From the NCBI GenBank assembly GCA_024641305.1, contig JAHEDI010000004.1:2126-66125 (forward strand): DNA of 64,000 nt, in the 5' to 3' direction. The first letter of the stretch is position 1, and every line of letters starts with the position of its first letter. The stretch comes from a bacterium (GTDB taxonomy: Bacteria; Actinomycetota; Acidimicrobiia; Spongiisociales; JAENVV01). Positions 45,505-55,705 of this stretch are shown here, piece after piece. The notes beneath the pieces are model-generated. The model ran no database searches. It worked only from the letters and a program-made list of their open reading frames with translations, and was not told where the DNA came from. The position numbers and the translations under genes were made by a program.

Positions 45505-47252
45505 TCGAATCCGTCCTGGTCGCCAATCGCGGCGAAATCGCCGTCCGAGTAATCCGCAGCGCCAGGGATCTCGGCGTGCGCACCATTGCCGTCTATTCGG
45601 ACCTGGATCGAGACGCCCCACACGTCAAGCTCGCCGATGAAGCCTGGGCAATCGGGCCGGCCCCAGCCGCTGAATCGTATCTGAACGGCCCACAAATCCT
45701 GCGGGTTGCCAAAGAATCAAATGCGGCTGCCATTCATCCGGGATACGGCTTCCTCTCCGAGAACGGCGACTTTGCTCAAGCGGTTCTTGATGCCGGGCTC
45801 ATCTGGGTTGGACCGCCACCTTCCGCAATCAAGACGATGGGTGACAAGATCGCTTCACGCATGGCCGTGGCGGCGGCCGGCGTCAAGTCGGTTCCTGGCA
45901 CCCTCGAGCCACTCAGGTCGGTCGATGACGCCGCTGCGGCAGCCGCCGAGTTTGGGTATCCGGTGGCTATCAAAGCAGCCCACGGCGGAGGCGGAAAAGG
46001 TCTCCGTGTGGTGCAATCGGCCGAACAACTCGAAGAGGCGTTCGAGGGAGCCAGACGAGAAGCCGACGCCTACTTTGGAGATCCCGCCGTATATGTCGAA
46101 AAATACCTGGCGCGACCCCGGCACATCGAAGCGCAGATCCTGACCGACGCGGCAGGCATCACTCATTTTCTCGGCGAACGGGATTGCTCCGTGCAGCGTC
46201 GTCATCAGAAACTCATCGAGGAAACGCCTGCGTTTGGTATGACCGATGACCAGCGAACCGAATTGGCCACCGCCGCTCGACTGGTCGCCGACGCCTGCGA
46301 CTACCAAAACGCCGGAACCGTGGAATTCCTCATGGATGAGGACGGTTCGATCTACTTTCTGGAAATGAACACCCGGTTGCAGGTCGAACACACGGTTACC
46401 GAAGCCGTTACCGGCATCGACATGGTTCACGCTCAACTTCGAATTGCGTCAGGTGAAAGCCTCGACATCGGAGAAATCACCCCCCGCGGCCACGCCATAG
46501 AATTTCGGATCAATGCAGAGGACCCGGCCGCCGGGTTCTTGCCGAGCCCGGGTCAGATCGTCGAATATCGGGAACCGGCCGGTTTTGGTGTCAGGGTCGA
46601 TGGATGGGTCACGGCCGGCACCCGGGTCACTCAGTATTACGACAACCTGATCGCCAAACTTATCGTCTGGGGAGCGACCCGCGACGAGGCTCTCGCCAGG
46701 GCGCGGGGGGTCCTCTCCGAATACACCATCAGTGGCGTAGCTACGACGATTCCGGCCCATCGCCAGATACTGGACCATCCCACGTTCATTGCCGGAAAAC
46801 ACACCACCAAATTCGTCGAACAAGAACTCGACTTCTCTGGCAGGCTACAAACGGTCTCCGGAACGTTGCCCTCAGAAGAGGCGACAAGCCAGCGCACGAT
46901 GACGGTGGAGGTAGGCGGTCGCCGATTCGACGTTACCTTCTGGGCCCCCGAGGCCCGGATCGCCAGTTCCGATCGGAGGCCCTCGGCGCGCCGACGGTCG
47001 CCCAAACTGACCCGAACCGAAGGCAACACGTCGATTGACGCCGGAGTCATTGCGGCTCCCATGCAAGGCACCATCGTAAAAGTCAGTGTGGCGGCCGGCG
47101 ACCGGGTCCACGAGGGCGCCACCATCTGTGTGTTGGAAGCCATGAAAATGGAGAACGAGGTCAAGTCGCCGATCTCGGGAGAAGTTGTTGAGCTACGATC
47201 TCAAGCCGGAGACACCGTCACGCCCGGCCAGGTTATCGCTATCGTCCGCTAG
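45501..47252 (+). CDS. accA: acyl-CoA carboxylase alpha subunit (biotin carboxylase plus BCCP)
   Basis: It has the biotin carboxylase ATP-grasp motifs and a C-terminal EAMKMENE biotinyl-lysine motif. Its GTG start overlaps the accD stop. Confidence 0.9.
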   Translation: MIESVLVANRGEIAVRVIRSARDLGVRTIAVYSDLDRDAPHVKLADEAWAIGPAPAAESYLNGPQILRVAKESNAAAIHPGYGFLSENGDFAQAVLDAGLIWVGPPPSAIKTMGDKIASRMAVAAAGVKSVPGTLEPLRSVDDAAAAAAEFGYPVAIKAAHGGGGKGLRVVQSAEQLEEAFEGARREADAYFGDPAVYVEKYLARPRHIEAQILTDAAGITHFLGERDCSVQRRHQKLIEETPAFGMTDDQRTELATAARLVADACDYQNAGTVEFLMDEDGSIYFLEMNTRLQVEHTVTEAVTGIDMVHAQLRIASGESLDIGEITPRGHAIEFRINAEDPAAGFLPSPGQIVEYREPAGFGVRVDGWVTAGTRVTQYYDNLIAKLIVWGATRDEALARARGVLSEYTISGVATTIPAHRQILDHPTFIAGKHTTKFVEQELDFSGRLQTVSGTLPSEEATSQRTMTVEVGGRRFDVTFWAPEARIASSDRRPSARRRSPKLTRTEGNTSIDAGVIAAPMQGTIVKVSVAAGDRVHEGATICVLEAMKMENEVKSPISGEVVELRSQAGDTVTPGQVIAIVR

Positions 47253-47278
47253 GGCATCCGGGTTCGTTTGGCGGTGGT

Positions 47279-48640
47279 TTAGTCCGCCGCCTCCGTGAGG
47301 CTTTCCGATAGCGACGGATGCACCATCAACGTCTCGACGAGGGTCTCGACATGCAGCCGACCTTGCACCGCCAGTGCCAGGATTCCAATCAGCTCCGATG
47401 CCCGGTGACCAACGATGGTCCCACCGAGAACTTCATGCGTAGCCGGGTCGGAATAGAGCTTTACGAACCCGCGTTCCTGCCCCTGAATGACGGATCGGCT
47501 ATTCGACGCGAACGGCACCTTCGTGCTCCGAATCCGCCGGCCGGCCGCCGCGACGTCCGCCTCCTCAAGGCCGACCGAGGCAATTTCCGGCTCGGCAAAG
47601 ATTGCCTGAGCCACCTTCGAGTAGTCGATCGGCTTGACCTGAAACCCGAGGGCGTGTTTGGCGAGTTTTCGCCCCTGCATCGACGCAACCGACGACAGAG
47701 GCAACCTCCCGGTGACATCCCCAGCCGCGTAGATGTGAGGAACGTTGGTTCTCTGGAACTCATCGACAGGGACATAGCCATGATCGGTTTCAACTCCGGC
47801 CGCCGCAAGGTCAAGCCCGCTGGTCAGCGGGACGCTACCAATCGCCAGAAGTGCGTGTGAACCAGCCACCCTCCGGCCGTCATCGGCGACAATCACCACG
47901 CCCGAATCGCTGACTTCGGCTGCGATGGCTCTGGCACCTTTGAGGAGCCGAACTCCGCGCTCGAGGAAGTCTTCTTCGAGGGCGGCGGCCACTTCGGCGT
48001 CGCGGTGGGGCAGCACTTGCTGGCGGCTCACCAAGAGGCTCACCTTGGCACCCATGGATGCAAAAATGCTCACGAACTCCACCCCGGTTACCCCGGATCC
48101 GACGACGATCATATGCTCAGGGATATCGCCGAGGTGATAGGCATCGCGGGTCGTCAGTATTCGTTTTCCATCGACGGTTGCCCAGTCCGGTACCCGGGGG
48201 GCCGAGCCGGTGGAAATAAGAGCGATGTCGAACGCCAGTTCAATTTCGCCGTCGTCGGTGCTGGCGATGGCCGAGTTTGGACCGGTGAACCGTCCCCGGC
48301 CGTGGATAAGTCTCACTCCTTGATCTTCGAGAACTTCAGATGTGTTCTTGGACAGGTCCGTGGCGATACGATCCATCCGGGCTGACAGCCGCCGGAGATC
48401 GACCGGACTTTGGTCGGCCGCAAAGCCCAACTTCTCGGCATTACGTATCGAGTTCATCCGGATCGACGAAGCGACCATGGTCTTCGAAGGGATACAGTCC
48501 CAGAGGTGAGCTGCCCCACCGATGATCGACGACTCAACCAGAGTGACTTCGGCGTCGAGGGAAGCGGCCACGGTGGCAGCCATTGTGCCGGCCGGTCCGC
48601 CACCGATGATCAAAAAACGTATGGGATTGTCGCCTGCCAC
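47279..48640 (-). CDS. FAD-dependent pyridine nucleotide-disulfide oxidoreductase, LpdA-like
   Basis: It has GGGPAG, CIPSK, a second Rossmann motif GSGVTG, and a C-terminal dimerisation domain. Confidence 0.8.
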   Translation of the reverse strand: MAGDNPIRFLIIGGGPAGTMAATVAASLDAEVTLVESSIIGGAAHLWDCIPSKTMVASSIRMNSIRNAEKLGFAADQSPVDLRRLSARMDRIATDLSKNTSEVLEDQGVRLIHGRGRFTGPNSAIASTDDGEIELAFDIALISTGSAPRVPDWATVDGKRILTTRDAYHLGDIPEHMIVVGSGVTGVEFVSIFASMGAKVSLLVSRQQVLPHRDAEVAAALEEDFLERGVRLLKGARAIAAEVSDSGVVIVADDGRRVAGSHALLAIGSVPLTSGLDLAAAGVETDHGYVPVDEFQRTNVPHIYAAGDVTGRLPLSSVASMQGRKLAKHALGFQVKPIDYSKVAQAIFAEPEIASVGLEEADVAAAGRRIRSTKVPFASNSRSVIQGQERGFVKLYSDPATHEVLGGTIVGHRASELIGILALAVQGRLHVETLVETLMVHPSLSESLTEAAD

Positions 48641-48726
48641 GGATCCTCTTCACTAGGTAAGGTTCAGGCTAGAGCCGAATCGGCCAGGCAACCAATAGCC
48701 GACCAGCCCCCCGCCGCGGTTGCGTT

Positions 48727-50295
48727 CTAGTCCCCGAAGACCCCGAAGACCGAGCGCAAGGCGTCGGAAATCTCGCCGAGCGTGGCGCCCGCTCCGAATG
48801 CGTCTCGTATGGCAGGCACGACGTTGGTCGGGCCGGCGGCGACCACCACCAGATCGGCCAGCCGTGCCCGGACACCTTCGTCGTCCCGGCGTAGCCGATG
48901 CTCTCGAAGCGCGGTTTTCTGATGACTTTCCAGTTGGGGATCCACCAGCTGGCTATCGAACTCTGCAGTCTCGTCAGCTTGAAATGCGTTGACCCCAACC
49001 ACAAGATCGCGTCCCGCCTCCAGTCTTCTCGCCGCCTCGTATGCTGCCTGCTCGATGAAGGCGGTCTGTACCCCCTGTTCGACGGCCGGCACCGCGCCTC
49101 CCGCCCCATCGATCACACTGATGAGTTCCCAGGCGGCAGCCTCCAGCTCATCGGTCAGCGTCTCGATAAAATAGGATCCGGCCAGTGGATCGACGGTACC
49201 GGTGATCCCCGACTCGTTGGCCAGAATTTGCTGTGTGCGTAGGGCAACCGTTGCCGAAGCCTCGGTGGGGAGTCCAAGCGCTTCGTCAAAGGCGTTCGTG
49301 TGAAGAGACTGCGTGCCACCCAGGATGGCTGCCATGGCCTGCACCGTGGTTCGAACAACATTGTTCAGCGGTTGTTGGGCGGTCAACGTACTTCCGGCTG
49401 TTTGGGTGTGGAAACGCATTCGCCAGGCGTCGGGAGATCGCGCTCCGATCCGATGGCGCATGAGCGCCGCCCAGATCCGGCGGGCCGCCCGGAACTTGGC
49501 CACTTCTTCAAAAAAGTCATTGTGGCTATTCCAGAAAAAGGACAACCTGGGAGCGAAGTCGTCGACATCGAGACCGGCCTCAATGGCAGCTTCGACGTAC
49601 GCGAGACCATTCGTGAGCGTGAACGCCAACTCCTGGGCTGCCGTTGACCCGGCTTCTCGAATGTGATAGCCGGAAATCGAGATGGTATTCCAGGCTGGAA
49701 TCTCATCGGCACAGTACGCAAACAGGTCGGTGATGACGCGCATCGACGGTCGGGGCGGAAAGATGTACGTACCCCTGGCGATGTACTCTTTGAGAATATC
49801 GTTTTGAATCGTCCCCCGCAGCAATGATGCGTCGATACCGCGCTCGGCAGCGACCAACTGATAGCCGACGAGCAAGATGGCAGCCGTCGAGTTGATGGTC
49901 ATCGAGGTGCTCACTCGATCGAGCGGAAGGTCATGAAAGAGCACTCGAAGGTCGTCAAGTGTGTCAATCGCAACGCCAACCTTCCCGACCTCGCCGGCCG
50001 CCATTGGATGGTCCGAGTCGTAGCCCATCTGTGTTGGTAAGTCGAAGGCCACCGACAGTCCGGTCTGACCGGCCGCCAGCAAAGCTTTGAAACGATCGTT
50101 GGTTGCCGCCGCAGACCCGAACCCCGCATACTGACGCATCGTCCAGTGCCGGCCACGGTACATCGAGGGATACGGTCCCCTCGTGAACGGGTATTCCCCG
50201 GGTGCCCCGATGCGTTCAGGATCGACCGGGCGATCCGGACCATAGAGGACATCGATCTCAATCCCGCTACTGGTGCGCCTGGATTCGTTTGACAT
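48727..50295 (-). CDS. acyl-CoA mutase large-subunit catalytic (TIM-barrel) domain protein without a B12-binding domain
   Basis: It matches the methylmalonyl-CoA mutase N-terminal domain ([24 protein letters not shown], ...[16 protein letters not shown], ...[14 protein letters not shown]). It stops at 522 aa. Confidence 0.8.
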   Translation of the reverse strand: MSNESRRTSSGIEIDVLYGPDRPVDPERIGAPGEYPFTRGPYPSMYRGRHWTMRQYAGFGSAAATNDRFKALLAAGQTGLSVAFDLPTQMGYDSDHPMAAGEVGKVGVAIDTLDDLRVLFHDLPLDRVSTSMTINSTAAILLVGYQLVAAERGIDASLLRGTIQNDILKEYIARGTYIFPPRPSMRVITDLFAYCADEIPAWNTISISGYHIREAGSTAAQELAFTLTNGLAYVEAAIEAGLDVDDFAPRLSFFWNSHNDFFEEVAKFRAARRIWAALMRHRIGARSPDAWRMRFHTQTAGSTLTAQQPLNNVVRTTVQAMAAILGGTQSLHTNAFDEALGLPTEASATVALRTQQILANESGITGTVDPLAGSYFIETLTDELEAAAWELISVIDGAGGAVPAVEQGVQTAFIEQAAYEAARRLEAGRDLVVGVNAFQADETAEFDSQLVDPQLESHQKTALREHRLRRDDEGVRARLADLVVVAAGPTNVVPAIRDAFGAGATLGEISDALRSVFGVFGD

Positions 50296-50313
50296 GCTCT
50301 AAGATCTCCAACC

Positions 50314-50327
50314 CTGTAAAGTTACAG
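50314..50327. promoter_or_regulatory. palindrome CTGTAAAGTTACAG in the divergent acyl-CoA-mutase / ponA promoter region
   Basis: It was read from the sequence. It is AT-rich relative to its surroundings. Confidence 0.35.
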
Positions 50328-50358
50328 ATTACCGGCAACTTTTCCCGACCCCCTTTCG

Positions 50359-52818
50359 TTGGATATCCGTATGACCACCAACATCCATCAGCTAGAGCGG
50401 CGCGAGCGGCGCGGCAAGTGGTTCGTCGCAACGGCGATCCTGCTTTCCATCAGCGTATTGACCGCTTCATGGGTCGGTCTTTTCTCATTCATGGCAGCCA
50501 CGACCGCCCACAGTGTGATGGTCGACGTGGAATCGGCCGTCATCCCCGAAGTCGACGGAGACGCCTTGAACTTCCCGAACCTCTCTCGAGTGTCGCTCGT
50601 ATATGCGTCGAACGGCACACTGCTCGCCGAGCTGCACGATGGCATCGTGTCAGAGCCGGTTCGCTTCGAGGACATCCCCCCCGTCATGATCGATGCGATT
50701 CTCGCAGCCGAAGACGCAGACTTCTTTCAACACTCGGGAGTCGACTGGAGCGCCATCGCATCGGCCTTTATCGACAATTTGAGTTCGGATACCCAGCGCG
50801 GCGGATCCACGATCACCCAGCAGGTCGTAAAGAAGACCTTTGTTGGTGATGAGGTCTCCTATGAGCGCAAGCTGCGTGAGGCAGTGACGGCCATCGAGTT
50901 GGAGCGTCGCTACTCCAAGGAGCAGATCCTGGAGTACTACTTGAACTCCGTCTACTTCGGCTCCAGCGCCTACGGCGTCCGGGCCGCCGGCCGCGAGTTC
51001 TTCGATAAGGAGCTCGACGAGCTGACCATTGCAGAAGCGGCCACGCTGGCCGTACTTCCTCGCAACCCTTCCGTCTACAGTCCCCGCTCCAACCCTGAGA
51101 CAACCCTCAACCGGCGCAACAGCGTCATCGACGAAATGCTCGACGCCGATTTCATCACGCAGGACCAGCGCAATACCGCCATTGCCGAAAATATGTCGAT
51201 CGCTCCTCCCAAGACGTTTATCAGCCCGGCTGACCATGTCGTCGCCGAAGTCAAACGGCGACTGCTCGACGATCCGGAATTCGAGTTCCTGGGGGCTACC
51301 CGCGACGAGCGTAAGCAGGCCATCTTCGGCTGCCCGGCCGATGACGTCGAGTGTGAGGGCGGGGGTGGCCTGAGTATTCGTTTAACCATCGATCTTGACC
51401 TCCAAAATGCCGCCAACGACATCCTCCACAACTGGCTGCCCACCCCGGCGGACCCCGCGGAAAAGGCTCCCACCGGGGCCATCGCCACCGTGGATTCCAA
51501 GACTGGCGCCATCCTGGTCATGGCGTCCGGGTTGCCATTTGGAGAAGAACAATTTGACCTGGCCACCCAGGGCAAGCGCAACCCCGGATCGGCCTTCAAA
51601 CCGTTCACGCTGGTGGCTGCACTGGAGTCGGGGACCTCGTTGAATTCTTTTTGGGACTCCACGAGTCCCAAAGAGTTCGATATCGGCGGAGGTCAGGTTT
51701 GGAACGTAAGTAATGCGGGCGGTGGCGGATCAGGGCTCATGCGACTGTTTGATGCGACCTACAACTCGGTCAACGTCGTATACGCCGGTGTCGCCATCGA
51801 AACCGGTCCCGACAAGATCGTCGACGTCGCCCACCGGATGGGAGTCAAGTCAGATCTACCGGCCGTTCCAGCCATCACACTGGGGGTGGGCGCGGTTTCA
51901 CCCCTTGAGATGGCGTCTGCTTTCACCAACTTCTCGACAAATGGTTTGTGGGCTGAGAGCTACCTCGTCGAGTCGATCACGGACTCGGCAGGCAGCATCA
52001 TTTACCAGCACGAGATCAACCGCGTTCAAACGGTTGACGCGGCCGTAATCGCTGCCGCCCGCCAACCACTTGAGGTCGTTCCCGTGAGCGGTACGGCCCC
52101 GCGAGCCAACATTGGACGACCACAGGGCGGCAAGACCGGTACCCATCAAAATTACCGGGAAGCCTGGTTTGTGGGATTCGTCCCCCAGGCAGCCACGGCC
52201 GTCTGGGTGGGATTTCCAGACAGTCAGATACCACTGACAAACGTCCGAATCCACGGTGAGACCTACTCAAGGGTCTTCGGTGGAAGTGTGCCGGCGCCAA
52301 TCTGGAAAGAGTTCATGCAGATCTATCTCGCCGACAAGCCGGCCGAGGACTTCCCGCCCGACCCGGAAGGAATCTCCGCCTACTTGCGAACCCCCTCAAC
52401 CGACGTACCGGACGTGGTTGGCATGCTTGAAGAAGAAGCAACCGACGCGATTGGTACCGCGCACCTCAACACGGTCGTAGAGGAAGTGCCATCAAATGAG
52501 CCGGCAGGCACCGTCATCGCTCAGCTGCCTGAAGCCGGTGCCGTTCTGCCTCAGGGTTCGTCGGTCACCATCTCGATCTCCGTCGAGGGCCGACCTCTTC
52601 CGCTGTTTGAAGGACTCGACCAGGGCCAATTCGAGCAGGCATTCAACAACTTCCAGGCCGAGACCGGGATCACGTTGGTAGTCGATTTTCAGACTGTCGA
52701 AACCGGCGACTCCAAGAAGGTCGGCAAGATCATCCGGCAACGGCCCGCCCCTGGCAGTCTGGTCGGAGACGGCGACACGATCGTCATCATCTTCGGGGTA
52801 CGCAAAAGCGAAGGCTGA
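50359..52818 (+). CDS. ponA: class A penicillin-binding protein (transglycosylase plus transpeptidase plus C-terminal PASTA)
   Basis: It has a TM anchor, the GT51 motifs (EDADFFQHSGVD, GGSTITQQ), the transpeptidase SxxK/SxN/KTG, and a C-terminal PASTA domain. Confidence 0.9.
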   Translation: MDIRMTTNIHQLERRERRGKWFVATAILLSISVLTASWVGLFSFMAATTAHSVMVDVESAVIPEVDGDALNFPNLSRVSLVYASNGTLLAELHDGIVSEPVRFEDIPPVMIDAILAAEDADFFQHSGVDWSAIASAFIDNLSSDTQRGGSTITQQVVKKTFVGDEVSYERKLREAVTAIELERRYSKEQILEYYLNSVYFGSSAYGVRAAGREFFDKELDELTIAEAATLAVLPRNPSVYSPRSNPETTLNRRNSVIDEMLDADFITQDQRNTAIAENMSIAPPKTFISPADHVVAEVKRRLLDDPEFEFLGATRDERKQAIFGCPADDVECEGGGGLSIRLTIDLDLQNAANDILHNWLPTPADPAEKAPTGAIATVDSKTGAILVMASGLPFGEEQFDLATQGKRNPGSAFKPFTLVAALESGTSLNSFWDSTSPKEFDIGGGQVWNVSNAGGGGSGLMRLFDATYNSVNVVYAGVAIETGPDKIVDVAHRMGVKSDLPAVPAITLGVGAVSPLEMASAFTNFSTNGLWAESYLVESITDSAGSIIYQHEINRVQTVDAAVIAAARQPLEVVPVSGTAPRANIGRPQGGKTGTHQNYREAWFVGFVPQAATAVWVGFPDSQIPLTNVRIHGETYSRVFGGSVPAPIWKEFMQIYLADKPAEDFPPDPEGISAYLRTPSTDVPDVVGMLEEEATDAIGTAHLNTVVEEVPSNEPAGTVIAQLPEAGAVLPQGSSVTISISVEGRPLPLFEGLDQGQFEQAFNNFQAETGITLVVDFQTVETGDSKKVGKIIRQRPAPGSLVGDGDTIVIIFGVRKSEG

Positions 52819-52840
52819 GTTCGTCAAGCAAACGTAGTGG

Positions 52841-52869
52841 TTGACATTGGTTAACGTTATGTGATATTT
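52841..52869 (+). promoter_or_regulatory. sigma-70-like promoter TTGACA-N17-ATATTT, apparently driving a leaderless transcript of the GTG at 52877
   Basis: It lies in an AT-rich 60-nt island in a GC-rich genome. The -10 hexamer ends 7 nt before the annotated start codon. Confidence 0.4.
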
Positions 52870-52876
52870 CGTAACG

Positions 52877-53254
52877 GTGAGACCTGTCGTACCCGGGACC
52901 GAGGAAAACCTCGCTGCATCAGCCGCCGCACCAATCTCGGGTGCGCCAGGTCCTCGTCGGTCCGCTCAACCACGGCCGTGGGTTCGCCCCCACCTCTACG
53001 AGCGTCCGGCCCCGATCCTCTTCACTGATCCTTACGTCCGCTCCCGTTGGACAGCCGCACTCGGACCTCAGGCAGTCGCCGACTTGATGCGGCTGATCCG
53101 GGCAGCCGAACAGGGTCGGCGCATTCGCTGTCCCATTCGTCTGCCATCACTGGTGGTTGCCGGCCTGGTTGTCTGGGCAAGAGGAGAACTGTTTGTCTCC
53201 CGCCAAATTCCGGAGGTCCCCGCTCATCTCCTCCCCCGTCGCCTCCGCCGATGA
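52877..53254 (+). CDS. hypothetical protein
   Basis: It is a 125-aa ORF with moderate codon bias and no family I recognise. Confidence 0.35.
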   Translation: MRPVVPGTEENLAASAAAPISGAPGPRRSAQPRPWVRPHLYERPAPILFTDPYVRSRWTAALGPQAVADLMRLIRAAEQGRRIRCPIRLPSLVVAGLVVWARGELFVSRQIPEVPAHLLPRRLRR

Positions 53255-53301
53255 CCGACTGACCCCGCGCCAGAATCGTGCCGCCGTCTAGTCTCCTGAT
53301 C

Positions 53302-53526
53302 ATGAGCGCCATTACGAAAACCGTTACCCTTTCAGGCGGATCACCGACCAGTTACGAAGACGCCATCCGCACCATCCTCGGCCGGGCCGCAGAGTCCGTG
53401 AGTGAGATCACCCGGTTCGAGGTCGTCTCGATGTCGGGCAAGGTCGACGCATCGGGGCTACCCGCCAGCTTTGATATCACACTCCTTCTCACGTTTGTCG
53501 TTAAAGAATCACTGGCCCACAATTGA
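53302..53526 (+). CDS. dodecin family flavin-binding protein
   Basis: It is about 74 aa and reads MSAITKTVTLSGGSPTSYEDAIRTILGRAAESVSEI..FEVVSMSG.V, matching the dodecin pattern. Confidence 0.7.
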   Translation: MSAITKTVTLSGGSPTSYEDAIRTILGRAAESVSEITRFEVVSMSGKVDASGLPASFDITLLLTFVVKESLAHN

Positions 53527-54491
53527 CCGTCACCGATCTGGGGGACGGGATCTGGCGCATTACCGCGCCGCTACCTTTCGTCGCACCCAAATCGGTTAAC
53601 TGTTACGTATTCGAAGGCCAGGAAGGCCTTACGATGCTCGACTGCGGGGTCGAAAGCGAAGCGGGCCTGGCATCGATACGGACCGGTTTAGCCACAATTG
53701 GCGGCAACCTCACGACCTTGATCGGCTCACATCTCCACGTCGACCACGTGGCGGCGGCCGGTGCCCTGATCGAAGAGACCGGAGCCCGGTGGGTCATGCA
53801 CGAGACCACTTCCGACGAGATCCCCCGCTACAACGATTGGACGCTTCGAGCCACGGGCCTGGCGCTTGCGGCGGGAGCCCATGGGGCACCGACCGAGTTC
53901 ACAGAAGCGCTTCTCACAGATTGGGAACGCCCACCCTGGTACGGAATCGCCGTGAACCCGTCCGATGCCGTGGCCGACGACGATCGGATCAGTCTTGGCG
54001 GAGATCGATACTTGAAGGTGCTCTACACGCCCGGCCACCAGATAAATCACATCTGCCTGGTCGACTCCCGGACTGACCTGTTGTTCTCCGGAGACCATGT
54101 CCTTCCCCGTATCTCGCCATTCGTCCCTTACACGGGGCCCGAATCCGACCACCTGGGCGACTACCTGGCCTCGATCGATCGGATCGTCCGACTTGAAACC
54201 TCACGTACCCACCCTGCCCACGGTACCGAGATCGAGCGTGGATCGGAACGGGCCCATCAGATCTCCCTTCATCACGATCGTCGCCTTGAAGACATGATCG
54301 ATCACCTCACCGCCGGGCCCGACACTGCCTGGCACGTCATGGAGAAGACCTTCCGACCTAACCTCAGTTTTCTCCAGCAACGCCTGGCCATTCAGGAAAC
54401 ATTGGCTCACCTCGAGCACCTACGTCGAAAAGGCAGGCTGCGTCTCATCGGAGATCCGTCGAATTGGCAGTATGAAAGAACCGGTCGATGA
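53523..54491 (+). CDS. MBL-fold metallo-hydrolase
   Basis: It has SHLHVDH and the downstream His/Asp ligands. It overlaps the dodecin stop by 4 nt. Confidence 0.8.
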   Translation: MTVTDLGDGIWRITAPLPFVAPKSVNCYVFEGQEGLTMLDCGVESEAGLASIRTGLATIGGNLTTLIGSHLHVDHVAAAGALIEETGARWVMHETTSDEIPRYNDWTLRATGLALAAGAHGAPTEFTEALLTDWERPPWYGIAVNPSDAVADDDRISLGGDRYLKVLYTPGHQINHICLVDSRTDLLFSGDHVLPRISPFVPYTGPESDHLGDYLASIDRIVRLETSRTHPAHGTEIERGSERAHQISLHHDRRLEDMIDHLTAGPDTAWHVMEKTFRPNLSFLQQRLAIQETLAHLEHLRRKGRLRLIGDPSNWQYERTGR

Positions 54492-55135
54492 CCTCAGCCA
54501 ATCACACCCTCCTCACGAGCGACGGCGAGAGACTTGAGTCGCTGTGGGATAGACCGGCCGGCCAAGCGATCGGAACGGTCGTCCTGTGTCATCCTCACCC
54601 GCTGCAGGGTGGGACGATGCGAGCCCCACTCATGAATCACGTTGCCGAGGGACTCGCCAGTCGAGGGTTTACTGTCCTCCGCTTCAACTTTCGAGGCGTC
54701 GGTGAATCCTCTGGGACCCATGGTTACGGGCAGGCGGAAATCGCTGATGTCAGCGCGGCGTGGGAGGCAGTCAACGAGGGGGCAACAGGACCATATGTTC
54801 TGGGCGGTTGGTCCTTTGGAGCGGCCACCTCATTGGTCTGGATGGCGCACACCAACACGGCGGTTCCGTGGGCTGGCATTGCTCCACCTGTCACAGGAAC
54901 GCGCAGCCCGACTCTCCCCCTGCTCCTGCCTGCGGCTCCTCGCACATTCATCCTCGGCGACAGAGATCAATTCACCACCGTGGCGGAAACAGAAGCTTAT
55001 ATCGATCAGGTTTCGGGCCAACTTCACGTGATCAAGGGTTCAGACCACTTCTTCTACTTTCGAGAAACGGTCGTGACCGATCTCATGGCCGGAGCCTTCG
55101 GGTGGCACCCTGGCGGTCAATCGCCTGGCGCATAG
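54488..55135 (+). CDS. alpha/beta hydrolase
   Basis: It has the GWSFG nucleophile elbow and conserved Asp/His later. It overlaps the MBL gene stop. Confidence 0.65.
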   Translation: MTSANHTLLTSDGERLESLWDRPAGQAIGTVVLCHPHPLQGGTMRAPLMNHVAEGLASRGFTVLRFNFRGVGESSGTHGYGQAEIADVSAAWEAVNEGATGPYVLGGWSFGAATSLVWMAHTNTAVPWAGIAPPVTGTRSPTLPLLLPAAPRTFILGDRDQFTTVAETEAYIDQVSGQLHVIKGSDHFFYFRETVVTDLMAGAFGWHPGGQSPGA

Positions 55136-55165
55136 CCATTGGGAGCTACCGATCGTTACGAAATC

Positions 55166-55399
55166 TCACCGCGGTCGGAATCCACGGTTGGATGCTTCCG
55201 GAAGGGCATCAGGGCCAAATGTCGAGATGAGATTTCGCATGGTCAGATTCTCGACGCCGTTGCGTTGGGAAAGTTCGGCAAACTGTGCCGGATCGTCACA
55301 GTCGTACACGATCATGGTATCCCTGACTCCTAGGAACCGATTGTGTTCAAATCGCCTCAGCCGCGCTGCAGCCATACGTCCGCCTTCCAGTTCGCTCAA
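55166..55399 (-). CDS. doubtful small ORF
   Basis: It has a TTG start and a GC3 clearly below that of its neighbours. It is kept only as a possibility. Confidence 0.2.
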   Translation of the reverse strand: MSELEGGRMAAARLRRFEHNRFLGVRDTMIVYDCDDPAQFAELSQRNGVENLTMRNLISTFGPDALPEASNRGFRPR

Positions 55400-55402
55400 A
55401 GG

Positions 55403-55705
55403 CTAGTCGTCTGTCGGCCCGGCGCCTACCGGAACATCGGCCTGGCAATTGGGGCAAGTGGCCGTGTCGACGGCCCCGACGATGAAAGAAAACGAGCAAT
55501 CCGGACAGACAATTCGAGGGGAAGGTTCCGCAGGGGGAACCGGCATCGTAGGGACGGAGGAGATGGTGGGCTTCGCCGGTGGCGGGGCCGACGCCCCGCC
55601 CAGTCCCCCACTCACCTGGTTCACGGCCCCACACGCCGGACATTTGAATCGCCCCTCACCGGCAACGTCCACTTCGGTCGCACAGGCGCCGCATCGAACT
55701 CTCAT
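55403..55705 (-). CDS. double zinc-ribbon protein
   Basis: It has CGAC...CPAC, a Pro-rich linker, then CPDC...CPNC. It overlaps the upstream membrane protein gene by 4 nt. Confidence 0.5.
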   Translation of the reverse strand: MRVRCGACATEVDVAGEGRFKCPACGAVNQVSGGLGGASAPPPAKPTISSVPTMPVPPAEPSPRIVCPDCSFSFIVGAVDTATCPNCQADVPVGAGPTDD

